DNA from: an uncultured Alphaproteobacteria bacterium
GTDB lineage: Bacteria; Pseudomonadota; Alphaproteobacteria; Rhizobiales; Hyphomicrobiaceae
Direction: 5' to 3'
Assembly (NCBI GenBank): GCA_963746315.1
Contig: CAVVAR010000002.1
Span: forward strand, 32,320-96,319
DNA: 64,000 nucleotides
Positions 47,345 through 56,781 of the stretch are shown here, one piece after another (the stretch's first letter is position 1; the number at the start of each line of letters is the position of its first letter). Under the pieces are notes generated by a model that was not told where the DNA came from, ran no database searches, and was given only the letters and a program-made list of their open reading frames with translations. The position numbers and the translations under genes are program-made.

Positions 47345-48598
47345 ATGAAGATCGCCAGGACGCAGTGGCTGGGCGCGGCGGCGGTAGCCGGATCGCTCGG
47401 GTTGGGAGGGGCAGCACTCGCCCAGGACAAGGAGATCGTGATCGGCGCCCAGTGCGACCGGACGGGTCCGACGCAGATCGTAGGGACGGTTCTGTGCCCG
47501 GCGTATCATCACTACATGGGGCTGGTGAACAGCCGCGGGGGCGTCGAGGGCTATAAGATCAAGGTCGTCGAGATCGACCACGAGTACAAAGTGCCGCCGG
47601 CCATCGAGGCGCATGAGCGCTTCAAGAAGGAAGGCGCAATCATGGTCAGCGCGTTCGGCACGCCGCAGCTGATCGCCCTTCTGAAGAAATACGAGGAAGA
47701 CAAGATTCCGGTGACGTCGCCCGGCATCGGCTCCTCGGCAGCGGCGGACGGCAAGGCGTATCCCTACGTCTTCCCGATCGCGGCCACGTACTGGTCGCAG
47801 GCCGGCGGCGCGCTGAAATTCGCCAAGGACCGTCTCGGCGGGAACCTCAAGGGCAAGAAGATCGCCTACATCTTCTTCGACAACCCGGCGGGCCGGGAGC
47901 CGATCCCCTTGCTCGAGGAGCTGGCGAAGCAGGAAGGCTTCCAGATGCGCACGTTCGGCGTGCCGTCACCGGGAATCGAGATGGCGGCGCAGGTGCTCGA
48001 CATCACGTCGCGCTTCAAGCCGGACTTCATCGTCGCGCATCTGTTCGGCCGGGCGCCGTCAGTTGCGATCAAGGAGTTCAAGAGCAAGGGCTATCCGCTG
48101 TCCAAGGTGGTCGGACTGGTGTGGGCCGGCGCCGAGGCGGACATCATCGCCGCCGGCGGGTTCGGTATCGCCGAGGGCTACAACACGATCCAGTACGCCG
48201 GCGTCGGTGCCGACTTCAAGGTGATCAAGGACATCCACGCCCTGCTCAAGGCCGAGGGCAAGACGCCGGGCAAGGAGTTCGAGAGCACGGTGACGTTCAA
48301 CCGCGGCGTTTACCAGGGGGCCGTGCATGTGGCTGCGCTCGCCAACGCGATCAAGGCGAAGGGTGGTGCAAAGCCGACCAGTGACGAATTGCGCAAGGGC
48401 TTCGAGAACGTGACCGCACTCGATCCCACGCTCGACGGATTGGCGCCGCCGCTCAAGCTGACGGCCGAGGATCACGAGGGTGGCGGCTGGGTGCAGATCT
48501 GGTCGGTGAAGGGTGGCAAGTTCGTCAAAACGACCGATTGGTTCCAGGGATACCGCCCCGAGGTTCAGAAGCACGTCGCGGCCGAGAACAAGAAGTAG
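47345..48598 (+). CDS. Periplasmic substrate-binding protein (LivK/type I PBP family)
   Basis: The signal peptide is MKIARTQWLGAAAVAGSLGLGGAALAQ, followed by IVIGAQCDRTGP. GGAGGAGG lies upstream of the ATG. Confidence 0.85.
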   Translation: MKIARTQWLGAAAVAGSLGLGGAALAQDKEIVIGAQCDRTGPTQIVGTVLCPAYHHYMGLVNSRGGVEGYKIKVVEIDHEYKVPPAIEAHERFKKEGAIMVSAFGTPQLIALLKKYEEDKIPVTSPGIGSSAAADGKAYPYVFPIAATYWSQAGGALKFAKDRLGGNLKGKKIAYIFFDNPAGREPIPLLEELAKQEGFQMRTFGVPSPGIEMAAQVLDITSRFKPDFIVAHLFGRAPSVAIKEFKSKGYPLSKVVGLVWAGAEADIIAAGGFGIAEGYNTIQYAGVGADFKVIKDIHALLKAEGKTPGKEFESTVTFNRGVYQGAVHVAALANAIKAKGGAKPTSDELRKGFENVTALDPTLDGLAPPLKLTAEDHEGGGWVQIWSVKGGKFVKTTDWFQGYRPEVQKHVAAENKK

Positions 48599-48732
48599 GC
48601 CGGAAGGCTGGCGGTGGTCGGGTGGTGCCTTTGGCTCGACCCGACCACCGGAGCTGGGGGCGCAAGGGCGCAACGACGAAGGTCGGGCACGACCGCGAAC
48701 GATAGCAGCAGATCATCGCCAGGAAGAGACCG

Positions 48733-49575
48733 ATGCAGGATGCCGCGCAGCACTCGACGAAGATGCAGGGCTCGGCTCCCATGCTGGCCATCAACAACAT
48801 CGAGGTCGTCTACGATAACGTGGTGCTCGTGCTGAAGGGCGTCTCGCTCGACGTCAAGGCGGGCCAGATCACGACGCTGCTCGGCGCCAACGGTGCGGGC
48901 AAGTCGACAACGCTCAAGGCCATCTCGGGCATCCTGTTCACGGAGCGTGGCAGCATCACCAAGGGGTCGATCGCGCTGGAGGGACAGCCAATCCATGGCC
49001 GGCGGCCATTCGAGGTGACCAAGCTCGGCATCGCACAGGTGTTCGAGGGGCGGCGTGTTTTCGAGAGCTTGAGCTGCGAGGAAAACCTGATTGCCGGCGC
49101 GCACATCGTGTCCGACATGGGGAAGATCCGCGACGGCATCGAGCGGGTTTTCACGTATTTTCCGCGGATCAAGGAGCGCCGCAACCAGCTCGCCGGCTAT
49201 CTGTCAGGTGGTGAGCAGCAGATGCTCGTCATCGGCCGCGCGCTGATGTCGAGCCCCAAGGTCGTGCTGCTCGACGAGCCGTCGCTCGGCTTGGCGCCGA
49301 TGCTGGTCGAGGAGATTTTCGGGATCGTGAAGCGGCTGGTCGCCGAGCAGAGCCTCTCGGTGCTGCTGGTCGAGCAGAACGCGAACATGGCGCTGACGGT
49401 CGCCGACCACGGCTATGTCATGGAGAACGGGCGGATCGTCCTCGAGGGCTCGGCCGAGCAATTGCGCTCGAACTCGGACATCCGGGAGTTCTATCTCGGC
49501 ATCAACGAGGGTGGCGCCAAGAAATCGTACCGGGACGTCAAGCACTACAAGCGGCGCAAGCGCTGGCTGAGCTGA
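48733..49575 (+). CDS. Branched-chain amino acid-type ABC transporter ATP-binding protein (LivF-like)
   Basis: GANGAGKSTTLK, LSGGEQQML, VVLLDEPSLGLAP. The start may be the internal ATG at 48781. Confidence 0.9.
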   Translation: MQDAAQHSTKMQGSAPMLAINNIEVVYDNVVLVLKGVSLDVKAGQITTLLGANGAGKSTTLKAISGILFTERGSITKGSIALEGQPIHGRRPFEVTKLGIAQVFEGRRVFESLSCEENLIAGAHIVSDMGKIRDGIERVFTYFPRIKERRNQLAGYLSGGEQQMLVIGRALMSSPKVVLLDEPSLGLAPMLVEEIFGIVKRLVAEQSLSVLLVEQNANMALTVADHGYVMENGRIVLEGSAEQLRSNSDIREFYLGINEGGAKKSYRDVKHYKRRKRWLS

Positions 49576-49608
49576 CCGACCACGATCCCGGACTTGCTGT
49601 GCTGCAAG

Positions 49609-50667
49609 CTACTCGGCAAGCCGAAGCTCGACGCGGCGGTCGGCCTGGTAGACCTTGTCGATCGCTGCGGCATTGCGGTCGATACCGACGTAGGGCTCGG
49701 ACTTGCCCTTGGCGAGCAGGGACAGGCGCCCCGAGTAGGCGTGCTTGCGCAGGTAGGCCTCGATGGCAGCGAGGCGCTGGCGCGACAAATCGAGATTGTA
49801 CTCATCGCTACCGCGCTCGTCGGCGTGCCCCGACAGCGTGATCGAGCCCGGTCGCATGATGCGCACATACTCGACAAGCAGGCCGGCGGCGCGCAGGCCA
49901 TCGGTGGTCATCTCAGCAGAGCCGGTGACGAACGTGATCGGTAATGGCAGAGCCGGTGCGTCAGGGCCGGCGTTGCTTTCGCTGCGTCCGCCAGAGGCGC
50001 GTGCGCGCTCGACGACGGCAGCGAACTCTTTCACCGCGCGGCTCTCAACGGATGGGGTGCGTGGAGGCAGGATGGGGCGCGCACTCGGGGTGGCGGCGGC
50101 GAGCTCGACGCGACCCGTGCCTTTGGGTACGTCAAGCGTGATCGTGGGGCTCTGAGCGCCGGCAGAGCGGGGTGAATCCGACGTGATCGACAGGCCGAGA
50201 GGACCGGGTGCGAAAGCCCGCGTCACGATTGCCGACCACTGGCCGTCCTCGGATGCCGTTACGACCGCGACGACCTCGCCATTGGCCATGATCGAGACGC
50301 GGCTGCCCGCTGGCGCCCGACCGCCCAGAACGGATGCGCCTTCGGCGTCGATGCGCGCGAACTCGATCCGCAGCGCATCTGCACCACGCGCATTGGGTGC
50401 GGATCCGTCGCCTGACGGAGAAGCTCGCCCGACAGGTGTTGCGCTCGGCGCCGGGGGAGTGGACGTGGCCGCGGGTACCATCGCCCGAGGTGTGGCCGGC
50501 GTGCCTTTGTGCCCAGCCGTGACTTCCGGCGCGTTTGTCCGGCCGAGACTCGCAAGATCGAGTTGGGGTAGCGTCAGCGATCCTTGGAACGCCAAGGCGA
50601 CGAGGCCGAAGAACAAGAGCAAGGCGACGGGAATGATGACGCGCATGGCTCGGCGCATGGTTTGCAC
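49609..50667 (-). CDS. OmpA/MotB-domain peptidoglycan-binding protein
   Basis: An N-terminal signal/anchor is followed by the C-terminal ITLSGHADERGSDEYNLDLSRQRLAAIEAYL...NRRVELRL. Confidence 0.8.
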   Translation of the reverse strand: MQTMRRAMRVIIPVALLLFFGLVALAFQGSLTLPQLDLASLGRTNAPEVTAGHKGTPATPRAMVPAATSTPPAPSATPVGRASPSGDGSAPNARGADALRIEFARIDAEGASVLGGRAPAGSRVSIMANGEVVAVVTASEDGQWSAIVTRAFAPGPLGLSITSDSPRSAGAQSPTITLDVPKGTGRVELAAATPSARPILPPRTPSVESRAVKEFAAVVERARASGGRSESNAGPDAPALPLPITFVTGSAEMTTDGLRAAGLLVEYVRIMRPGSITLSGHADERGSDEYNLDLSRQRLAAIEAYLRKHAYSGRLSLLAKGKSEPYVGIDRNAAAIDKVYQADRRVELRLAE

Positions 50668-50934
50668 CTCGCTAACAGGTGAATTCTACTTGTAGCTATA
50701 TCCTCTCTAGACCTGTTGAGACGGCTCCGCAAGGCGGGTCACATCCTTGATGCGTTAAGCATTTTTAGTTTTGAACTGCGTTTTTTCGGTTCGTGGGGCG
50801 GTGCATCGACGTTAAGGGTGACCGTTTCAGCGGGGAACTAGAGGTCTCTCGGCCGCGATATCGGCCGAACGTGAGCAAAAGGTGAAACGAGTTTGCGGTG
50901 CGCGCGACACGGTTTGGATCCGATCCGTCGTCTT

Positions 50935-51441
50935 ATGATGCTCTTTATCGTGTCGGTTGCTCTGGTGGGACAGTTGGCGCCTCTCGCTCGCGCCGATGCG
51001 GTATCAGATTGCAACGAATCCCTCGATGCAGGGGCGAGGATCGCGGGCTGCGATGCGATTATTGCCTCAATGCCGGCTGCGGACGTGCTCGCGGTCGCAT
51101 TGATGAACCGGGGCATCGGACATGCGCAGAGAGGCGAGCTGGACCTCGCCCTCGAAGACCTAGACAGTGCGCTGCAGACGATGCCCGGGATGCTGGCGGC
51201 GCATTACAATCGTGGCAACGTCAATCTGGATCTCGGGCGGGTGGATGCCGCCATCGCCGATTTCACGGTGGTCATCGAAGGTGCCCCGGATTTCGCGCTG
51301 GCGTGGCTCAATCGCGGCTTGGCGCATGAGCGGGCAGGCTCGATCGAGGCCGCAAGAAGCGACGTCAAGCGGGCCCTGGCACTGGAGCCAAACCTGGAAG
51401 CTGCGCGCAGGGCTCTCGCACGGTTACGGCGGGCGCGTTGA
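50935..51441 (+). CDS. Secreted TPR-repeat protein
   Basis: The signal peptide is MMLFIVSVALVGQLAPLARA. Three TPR-like units are present (NRGIGHAQRGELDLALEDLDSAL, NRGNVNLDLGRVDAAIADF, NRGLAHERAGSIEAARSDVKRAL). Confidence 0.75.
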   Translation: MMLFIVSVALVGQLAPLARADAVSDCNESLDAGARIAGCDAIIASMPAADVLAVALMNRGIGHAQRGELDLALEDLDSALQTMPGMLAAHYNRGNVNLDLGRVDAAIADFTVVIEGAPDFALAWLNRGLAHERAGSIEAARSDVKRALALEPNLEAARRALARLRRAR

Positions 51442-51753
51442 TCAGCCGCCGCGGCGGGCACGATCGCCTTTGACATAGCCGGCGTTGCTCAGTGCCTGCC
51501 GGCAGTGTGAGGAAAGCGACTTCCCTTTGGCCTCCATGCAGCGGCGCAGCTCGTCAGAGCCTAGAGCATAGGGCGAGCAGTAGCGGAAATAGTCGTCCTT
51601 GCATTGATTTTCGACCTCGGCCGGGTATGTCGACTGGGTCCGAGCAGCCTGGGCTGCGGCCCGATCCACAATGAGCGGCAGGCTTGCAATCAAGAGACCG
51701 AACACAAGTGCTGCCGCAGGCTTCGCCTGCGTCCAACGACTGTCCCGCTTCAT
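51442..51753 (-). CDS. Small secreted Cys-rich hypothetical protein
   Basis: MKRDSRWTQAKPAAALVFGLLIASLPLIVDRAAAQ signal peptide. Four Cys residues are present (CKDDYFRYC...CMEAKGKSLSSHC). Confidence 0.5.
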   Translation of the reverse strand: MKRDSRWTQAKPAAALVFGLLIASLPLIVDRAAAQAARTQSTYPAEVENQCKDDYFRYCSPYALGSDELRRCMEAKGKSLSSHCRQALSNAGYVKGDRARRGG

Positions 51754-51943
51754 TTCCGCGCCCCCTCGAGGAAAGATGGACTTCCGGGGCGGCTCGAGCC
51801 GGCAGCTAGTCTGCGCCGCACGCATCGAATCTCGCCCACGCGGAGACACTATGTGAGGTTACGTGGGGGGCTCCAGTGCAACCGAGCGTATCCGGAGATG
51901 ACAAGGCGATCGTGTTGTGCTCGGGACACGCTTTTCCGGCAGC

Positions 51944-53399
51944 TCAGTCCTTGGCGTAGGGATTTGCACCCTTCCGCAGCCCGAAGCGGATCGGCGTGCC
52001 GGGCAGATCGAATGCGTCGCGGAGGCTGTTGACGAGGTAGCGGATATACGACGCCGGCAAATCGCCGGGCTTCGAGCAGAAGGCGACAAATGTCGGCGGG
52101 CGGCTCGAGGGCTGCGTGACGTAGCGGATGCGGATGCGGCGACCGCTCGAGGCGGGCGGGGTGTGCCTGTCGAGTGCCTCCTGAAGCCAGCGATTGAGGG
52201 CTGCCGTGGAGACACGCTTGTTCCAGACGTCATAGGCGGCGAGGACGGCATCCATCAGCTTGTCGACGCCGCGTCCCGAGAGCGCGGAAACCGGCACGAC
52301 CGTGACCCCGGCCGCGTCGGCGAATTTCTCGTCGACGGTCTCGCGGAGATCCTTGAGGGCTTTCTGCTTGTCCTCGACGGCATCCCATTTGTTGACGGCG
52401 ATGACCAGGGCGCGTCCTTCCTCGACGACGCGGTTGCCGATGACGAGATCCTGCTGCTCGAAGGGATGGCCGGCGTCGACCAGGAGGACGACAACCTCGG
52501 CGAAGCGGATGGCGCGCATTGCGTCGGAGGCAGAGAGCTTCTCGGCGTGCTCGGAGATACGGGCCTTGCGCCGTAACCCTGCGGTATCGAACAGGCGGAC
52601 GCTGCGGCCCTTCCAGACGAGGTCGCTCGAGATCGAGTCGCGCGTCAGGCCGGGCTCGGGCCCTGTGATCATGCGCTCCTCGCCGAGGATCGTGTTGACC
52701 AGGGTCGATTTGCCGGCGTTTGGACGACCGACGACGGCAATGCGGATGGGCCGGGCCGGCTGCCCGAACGTGTCGGCACCATCGCCGGACTCACCCGAGT
52801 CTCCGGACAGCGTGCCCGTGTCGTCGTCTGGATCGCTTTCTGCCGGGAGGTCATCGTCGGCTTCGCGCCGGCGCCGACGGCGGCGGCTGACGACCTTGGC
52901 CTCGAGGCCGAGGCCCTCCAGCATCTCGCTTTCGAGGTCGGAGAGACCTTCCCCGTGCTCGGCGGAGATTGCGACCGGCTCGCCGAGGCCCAGCTCGAAG
53001 GCTTCATAGTAGCCACCGGAGCCGGCCTTGCCCTCGCACTTGTTGGCCACGAGGATGACCTTCGTGGAGGCGCGACGGGCCAGGGCGGCAAAGGCTTTGT
53101 CGGCCGGCGTCAGCCCGCTGCGGGCATCGATCACGAACAGCACCAGGTCGGCGGCGGCGATGGCCTGCTCGCTCTGGGCTCGCATGCGGGCGGGAATGGT
53201 ATCGGGGGCCGCTTCCTCGAGGCCGGCCGTGTCGATGAGACGGACGGGATTGCCGCCGACGAGCGCCTCGCCTTCACGACGGTCACGAGTTCAGGCCAGG
53301 GAGATCCGATACGAGGGCTGTCCGCTTTCCGGTCAAACGATTGAAAAGCGTTGATTTTCCGACGTTCGGTCGTCCGACGATGGCGACAGTCGGGGGCAT
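51944..53399 (-). CDS. der: Ribosome-associated GTPase Der (EngA), one frame change near 53290
   Basis: My minus-strand translation from ATG 53399 gives [36 protein letters not shown], then a stop. Shifting one base gives [26 protein letters not shown]..., which joins ORF 51944..53185. That ORF holds the second G domain [16 protein letters not shown]...DTAGLRR...NKWD and the KH-like C-terminus. Confidence 0.85.
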
Positions 53400-53631
53400 A
53401 GTGGGAAGGTCTCCGGGAGGCCGATCTGGCTCTGTTTCTCGTCACTCCTAGCAGAGTTGGAGCAAGGTGGCAGCCGAAGGGAGCAGGCGGGCGCGGTCCA
53501 ACGCGGCACAATGCCTAACGAAATGGCAACCCGGCCTCGTGAAACTCAGCGATATCAGTGCATTGACGTAGGCTTAAAAGTTTCCTGCGATAAGCGAACG
53601 GTGCGCGAATGGTCGGGTTCCGGGGGACGCC

Positions 53632-55968
53632 GTGCGAGTGAAGTTCTGGCGAAAAAAGAACGAAAGACTGGTCGCCCGCGTCAATTCCGTCATCGAGACG
53701 TCGGAGCGCGTGCGGAAGTCGCTGCCTCCCGCTCCCTCGCGGGTGACGATCGACACTTCCTATGTGGAAATGGCCGATTATGACGAGGCCTACGACGACC
53801 AGTGGTCGGACGACGATCAATTCGACGATGCCATCGTAGAGACCGAGGCCGGGGCGGACGAGGTCGCCGGCTTGCAGGCTTGGGACGATGTCGAGCCGGC
53901 GTCAGATGCGATGTCCGGCGAGGATTCCCCGCAGATTGCCGAGGCACTGAGAAACGAAGCTGCGCAACGTGCGGCGCAAGCCGAGCTCCAATTGCTGGCG
54001 CTGCGCGAGGCGGAAATGGCTCGCGAGCGCGACGAGCGCATCGAGGAAGCTCGGGCCGAGGCGCGAGCGCGGGAGGAAGCGGCACGACAGGCGGCGGAAG
54101 CCGAGCGCGAGGAGATGGTTCGCAAGGCGGCCGAGGCCGAGCGCGAGCTGGTGGAGATGCGCGCGGCGGCGGCGGAGCGCGAGCGGATCGCACAGGCCGA
54201 AGCGGAGGCACGGGCTCGGGAGGAAGCGGCACGGCTGGCGGCTGAAGCCGAGCGCGAGGAGATGGTTCGCAAGGCGGCCGAGGCGGAGCGCGAGCTGGCG
54301 GAGATGCGGGCGGCAGCGGCGGAGCGCGAGCGGATCGCGCAGGCCGAAGCGGAGGCACGGGCTCGGGAGGAAGCGGCACGGCTAGCGGCTGAAGCCGAGC
54401 GCGAGGAGATGGTTCGCAAGGCGGCCGAGGCGGAGCGCGAGCTGGCGGAGATGCGGGCGGCAGCGGCGGAGCGCGAGCGGATCGCGCAGGTCGAAGCGGA
54501 GGCGCGGGCGCGGGAGGAAGCGGCATGGCTGGCGGCTGAAGCCGAGCGCGAGGAGATGGTTCGCAAGGCGGCCGAGGCGGAGCGCGAGCTGGCGGAGATG
54601 CGCGCGGCAGCGGCGGAGCGCGAGCGGATCGCGCAGGTCGAAGCGGAGGCGCGGGCGCGGGAGGAAGCGGCACGACAGGCGGCCGAAGCCGAGCGCGAGG
54701 AGATGGTTCGCAAGGCCGCTGAGGCCGAGCGCGAGCTGGCGGAGATGCGCGCGGCAGCCGAGGAGCGTGAGCGGATCGCGCAGGCCGAAGCCGAGGCGCG
54801 AGCGCGGGAGGAAGCGGCGCGGCAGGCGGTCGAAGCCGAGCGCCAGGAGATGGTTCGCAAGGCCGCTGAGGCGGAGCGCGAGCTGGCCGAGATGCGGGCC
54901 GTGGCGGCGGAGCGCGAGCGGATCGCACAGGCCGAGGCGGAAGCACGGGCGCGGGAGGAAGCGGCGCGACAGGCGGCCGAAGCCGGGCGCGAGGAGATGG
55001 TTCGCAAGGCGGCCGAGGCCGAGCGCGAGCTGGCCGAGATGCGCGCGGCAGCGGCGGAGCGGGAGCAGATCGCGCGAGCCGAGGCCGAGGCGCGGGCGCA
55101 GGAGGAAGCGGCGCGACAGGCGGCCGAGGCCGAGCGCGAGGAAATGGTTCGGGAAGCTGAGGCGGCCGAACGTCGTGTGGCAGAGATGCGGGCGGCAGCC
55201 GAGGAGCGTGAGCGGATCGCGCTTGCCGAGACCGAGGCAGTCGCGCGTCACGCTGCGGAGCTCGAGCAACACTTGGCGGAGGTCAAGCCGGCGGGGATTG
55301 ATGAGTCGGCCGAGAGCGAGCCGAGAGAAACTGCCGCGGATCCGTCTGAGCCCGTTACGGGAACTGGGAAATTGGAGCCCTCGGCTGCAGTCGCGCTGAA
55401 GTCGCGTCTGGCACAATCGAGAGCCGCCACAACCGGAAACGCGCAGAAAACGCCTGGAAGCGCCGCACGAAGCACAGGACAAGCAAGCAGCGCGTTGGGC
55501 AGCGTGGGAGAGAAGTCAGCCCGGTCAGCGGAATCGGTGGCGGCGCACGCCGACCGTCAAACACAGGCTGATGCCGCGGCCGCTCCCGCGGGGGCTGCCA
55601 CTGCGAACAAGCGTCGCGACCGCCGGGTTTCGTCGCAGATGCCCGCGACGCTCTGGCGAGAGGGTGTCGGGCATCTCGCGTGCACGCTGCGCGACCGGTC
55701 GTCGAGTGGCGCGCGTCTGGAATTCCGCCGCGACCAGCTGATCGATGGCCTGTCGGAGCTGGTGGTTGGCGACACGCTGACACTTCACCTGAGCTCGGCC
55801 CAGGAGAAAACCAGTGTCGCCTGCGTCGTCGTCTGGGTGGCAGGAAACCGATGCGGAGTTCGCTTCTCCGGGCAGTTCAGGACCGAAGCGCCTGCTCCGC
55901 GCCGCTCGTTGCGGGGTAGCGCGGACAAGGCGCAGCCAAAGCCGGCGTCACGCTGGTCGCTGCGTTGA
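53632..55968 (+). CDS. Repeat-rich coiled-coil protein with a C-terminal PilZ (c-di-GMP-binding) domain
   Basis: It has an acidic N-terminus and 8 copies of a 49-aa E/A/R-rich unit. The C-terminal PilZ motifs are RRDRR (RxxxR) and DRSSSG (DxSxxG), about 26 residues apart. Confidence 0.75.
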   Translation: MRVKFWRKKNERLVARVNSVIETSERVRKSLPPAPSRVTIDTSYVEMADYDEAYDDQWSDDDQFDDAIVETEAGADEVAGLQAWDDVEPASDAMSGEDSPQIAEALRNEAAQRAAQAELQLLALREAEMARERDERIEEARAEARAREEAARQAAEAEREEMVRKAAEAERELVEMRAAAAERERIAQAEAEARAREEAARLAAEAEREEMVRKAAEAERELAEMRAAAAERERIAQAEAEARAREEAARLAAEAEREEMVRKAAEAERELAEMRAAAAERERIAQVEAEARAREEAAWLAAEAEREEMVRKAAEAERELAEMRAAAAERERIAQVEAEARAREEAARQAAEAEREEMVRKAAEAERELAEMRAAAEERERIAQAEAEARAREEAARQAVEAERQEMVRKAAEAERELAEMRAVAAERERIAQAEAEARAREEAARQAAEAGREEMVRKAAEAERELAEMRAAAAEREQIARAEAEARAQEEAARQAAEAEREEMVREAEAAERRVAEMRAAAEERERIALAETEAVARHAAELEQHLAEVKPAGIDESAESEPRETAADPSEPVTGTGKLEPSAAVALKSRLAQSRAATTGNAQKTPGSAARSTGQASSALGSVGEKSARSAESVAAHADRQTQADAAAAPAGAATANKRRDRRVSSQMPATLWREGVGHLACTLRDRSSSGARLEFRRDQLIDGLSELVVGDTLTLHLSSAQEKTSVACVVVWVAGNRCGVRFSGQFRTEAPAPRRSLRGSADKAQPKPASRWSLR
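54055..55255 (+). repeat. In-frame tandem repeat, 147-bp unit, about 8 copies
   Basis: The anchor GAAGCCGAGCGCGAGGAGATGGTT recurs at 54097, 54244, 54391, 54538, 54685, 54832, 54979 and 55126, an exact 147-nt period. Copies differ by only a few substitutions. The last unit is more diverged. Confidence 0.9.
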
Positions 55969-56034
55969 CCGTGGTCGAAGGCCGATCCCGAGGAGCGACT
56001 GCCGAGTGGCGGGCGCTCCCCGAGCGGGTCGATG

Positions 56035-56595
56035 CTACGGCAAAGGAGTAAGCTCGGGCTCGACGCCGCCGCTCGTGTGAGTGACATTGAGGATCATCGC
56101 GAGCAGGCTGTAATAGCCGTGAATGCCGATGAGATCGATGACGCCCTTCTCGCCGAACATGGCGACCGTGCGCTGGTAGGTAGCCTCAGAGACGGTGCGC
56201 GTGCGGCAGAGCTCGTCGAGAAAATCGTAAATCGTGGCCTCGTCCATGCCCATCGCCTCGGGCCGCCGGCCGTCGGCGATCGCGGCGATGATGTCCGTTC
56301 GCAGGCCTGCTTTCTCGGCGATCGGGCGGTGGTGATGCCATTCGAAATTCTGCGACCAGGCGCGCGCCGTGATGAGGATGGCAAGCTCGGACAGGCGGGT
56401 TTCGAAAGCCGAGTTGAAGCGCAGGTACTCGCCGGTCTTCTGCAGCCGGTTCATGAAGTCTGGGCTGCGCAGCAGCGGGATGAAGGGGCCGACCAGCGAG
56501 CCGCGCGGCCCCGCCACGATATCGGCAATGGCCTTGCTCTGCTCGGGCGAGAGCTGGCTTTCGGGTAAGGGGGGCATGCGGGACGGCTTCGACAT
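56035..56595 (-). CDS. Carboxymuconolactone decarboxylase (AhpD-like) family protein
   Basis: LSELAILITARAWSQNFEWHHHRPIAEKAGL is a typical CMD-family helix pattern. The length is 186 aa. Confidence 0.7.
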   Translation of the reverse strand: MSKPSRMPPLPESQLSPEQSKAIADIVAGPRGSLVGPFIPLLRSPDFMNRLQKTGEYLRFNSAFETRLSELAILITARAWSQNFEWHHHRPIAEKAGLRTDIIAAIADGRRPEAMGMDEATIYDFLDELCRTRTVSEATYQRTVAMFGEKGVIDLIGIHGYYSLLAMILNVTHTSGGVEPELTPLP

Positions 56596-56641
56596 GAGGC
56601 GGTGGGCTCCTGACGGCGGATCAATTGCGAACAGGACGCAG

Positions 56642-56781
56642 TCTAGAGCAATATCCGATCTGACGGAATCGCCTGCGGCGACTCACAGATCGGATGGAAT
56701 TGCTCTAGATTCATGCGTGTAGAGCATCTTTATCCGATCGCTCGGTCGCGAAAAGCGACCGCATGCGATCGGATGATGCTC
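56642..56781. repeat. Two adjacent related imperfect palindromes (REP/RIME-like element or structured RNA)
   Basis: Hairpin A has arms 56642-56662 (tctagagcaatatccgatctg) and 56686-56709 (cagatcggatggaattgctctaga). Hairpin B has arms 56722-56741 (gagcatctttatccgatcgc) and 56765-56781 (gcgatcggatgatgctc). B encloses a perfect inner hairpin cggtcgc-gaaaa-gcgaccg (56743-56761). Confidence 0.6.

Noticed and set aside
42143-47614. ORFs 42143..43480 (-), 44140..45345 (-), 45445..47316 (+, 623 aa) and 46523..47614 (-).
   Set aside because: All overlap the strongly supported Liv-type ABC and ligase genes in other frames or on the other strand. All have Arg/His/Asp/Gly-biased composition.
54055-55255. 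The regular repeats might have been a CRISPR array.
   Set aside because: The units are contiguous with no spacers, are 147 bp long, and are in frame within a coding sequence.
53690-55482. Three long minus-strand ORFs and several plus-strand alternative-frame ORFs across the 147-bp repeats, including a Pro/Ala/Arg-rich 418-aa ORF and a Ser/Ala/Arg-rich 396-aa ORF.
   Set aside because: They are by-products of the tandem repeat, because any frame of a stop-free repeat stays open. Only the frame that ends in the PilZ domain has flanking non-repeat protein sequence with recognisable motifs.
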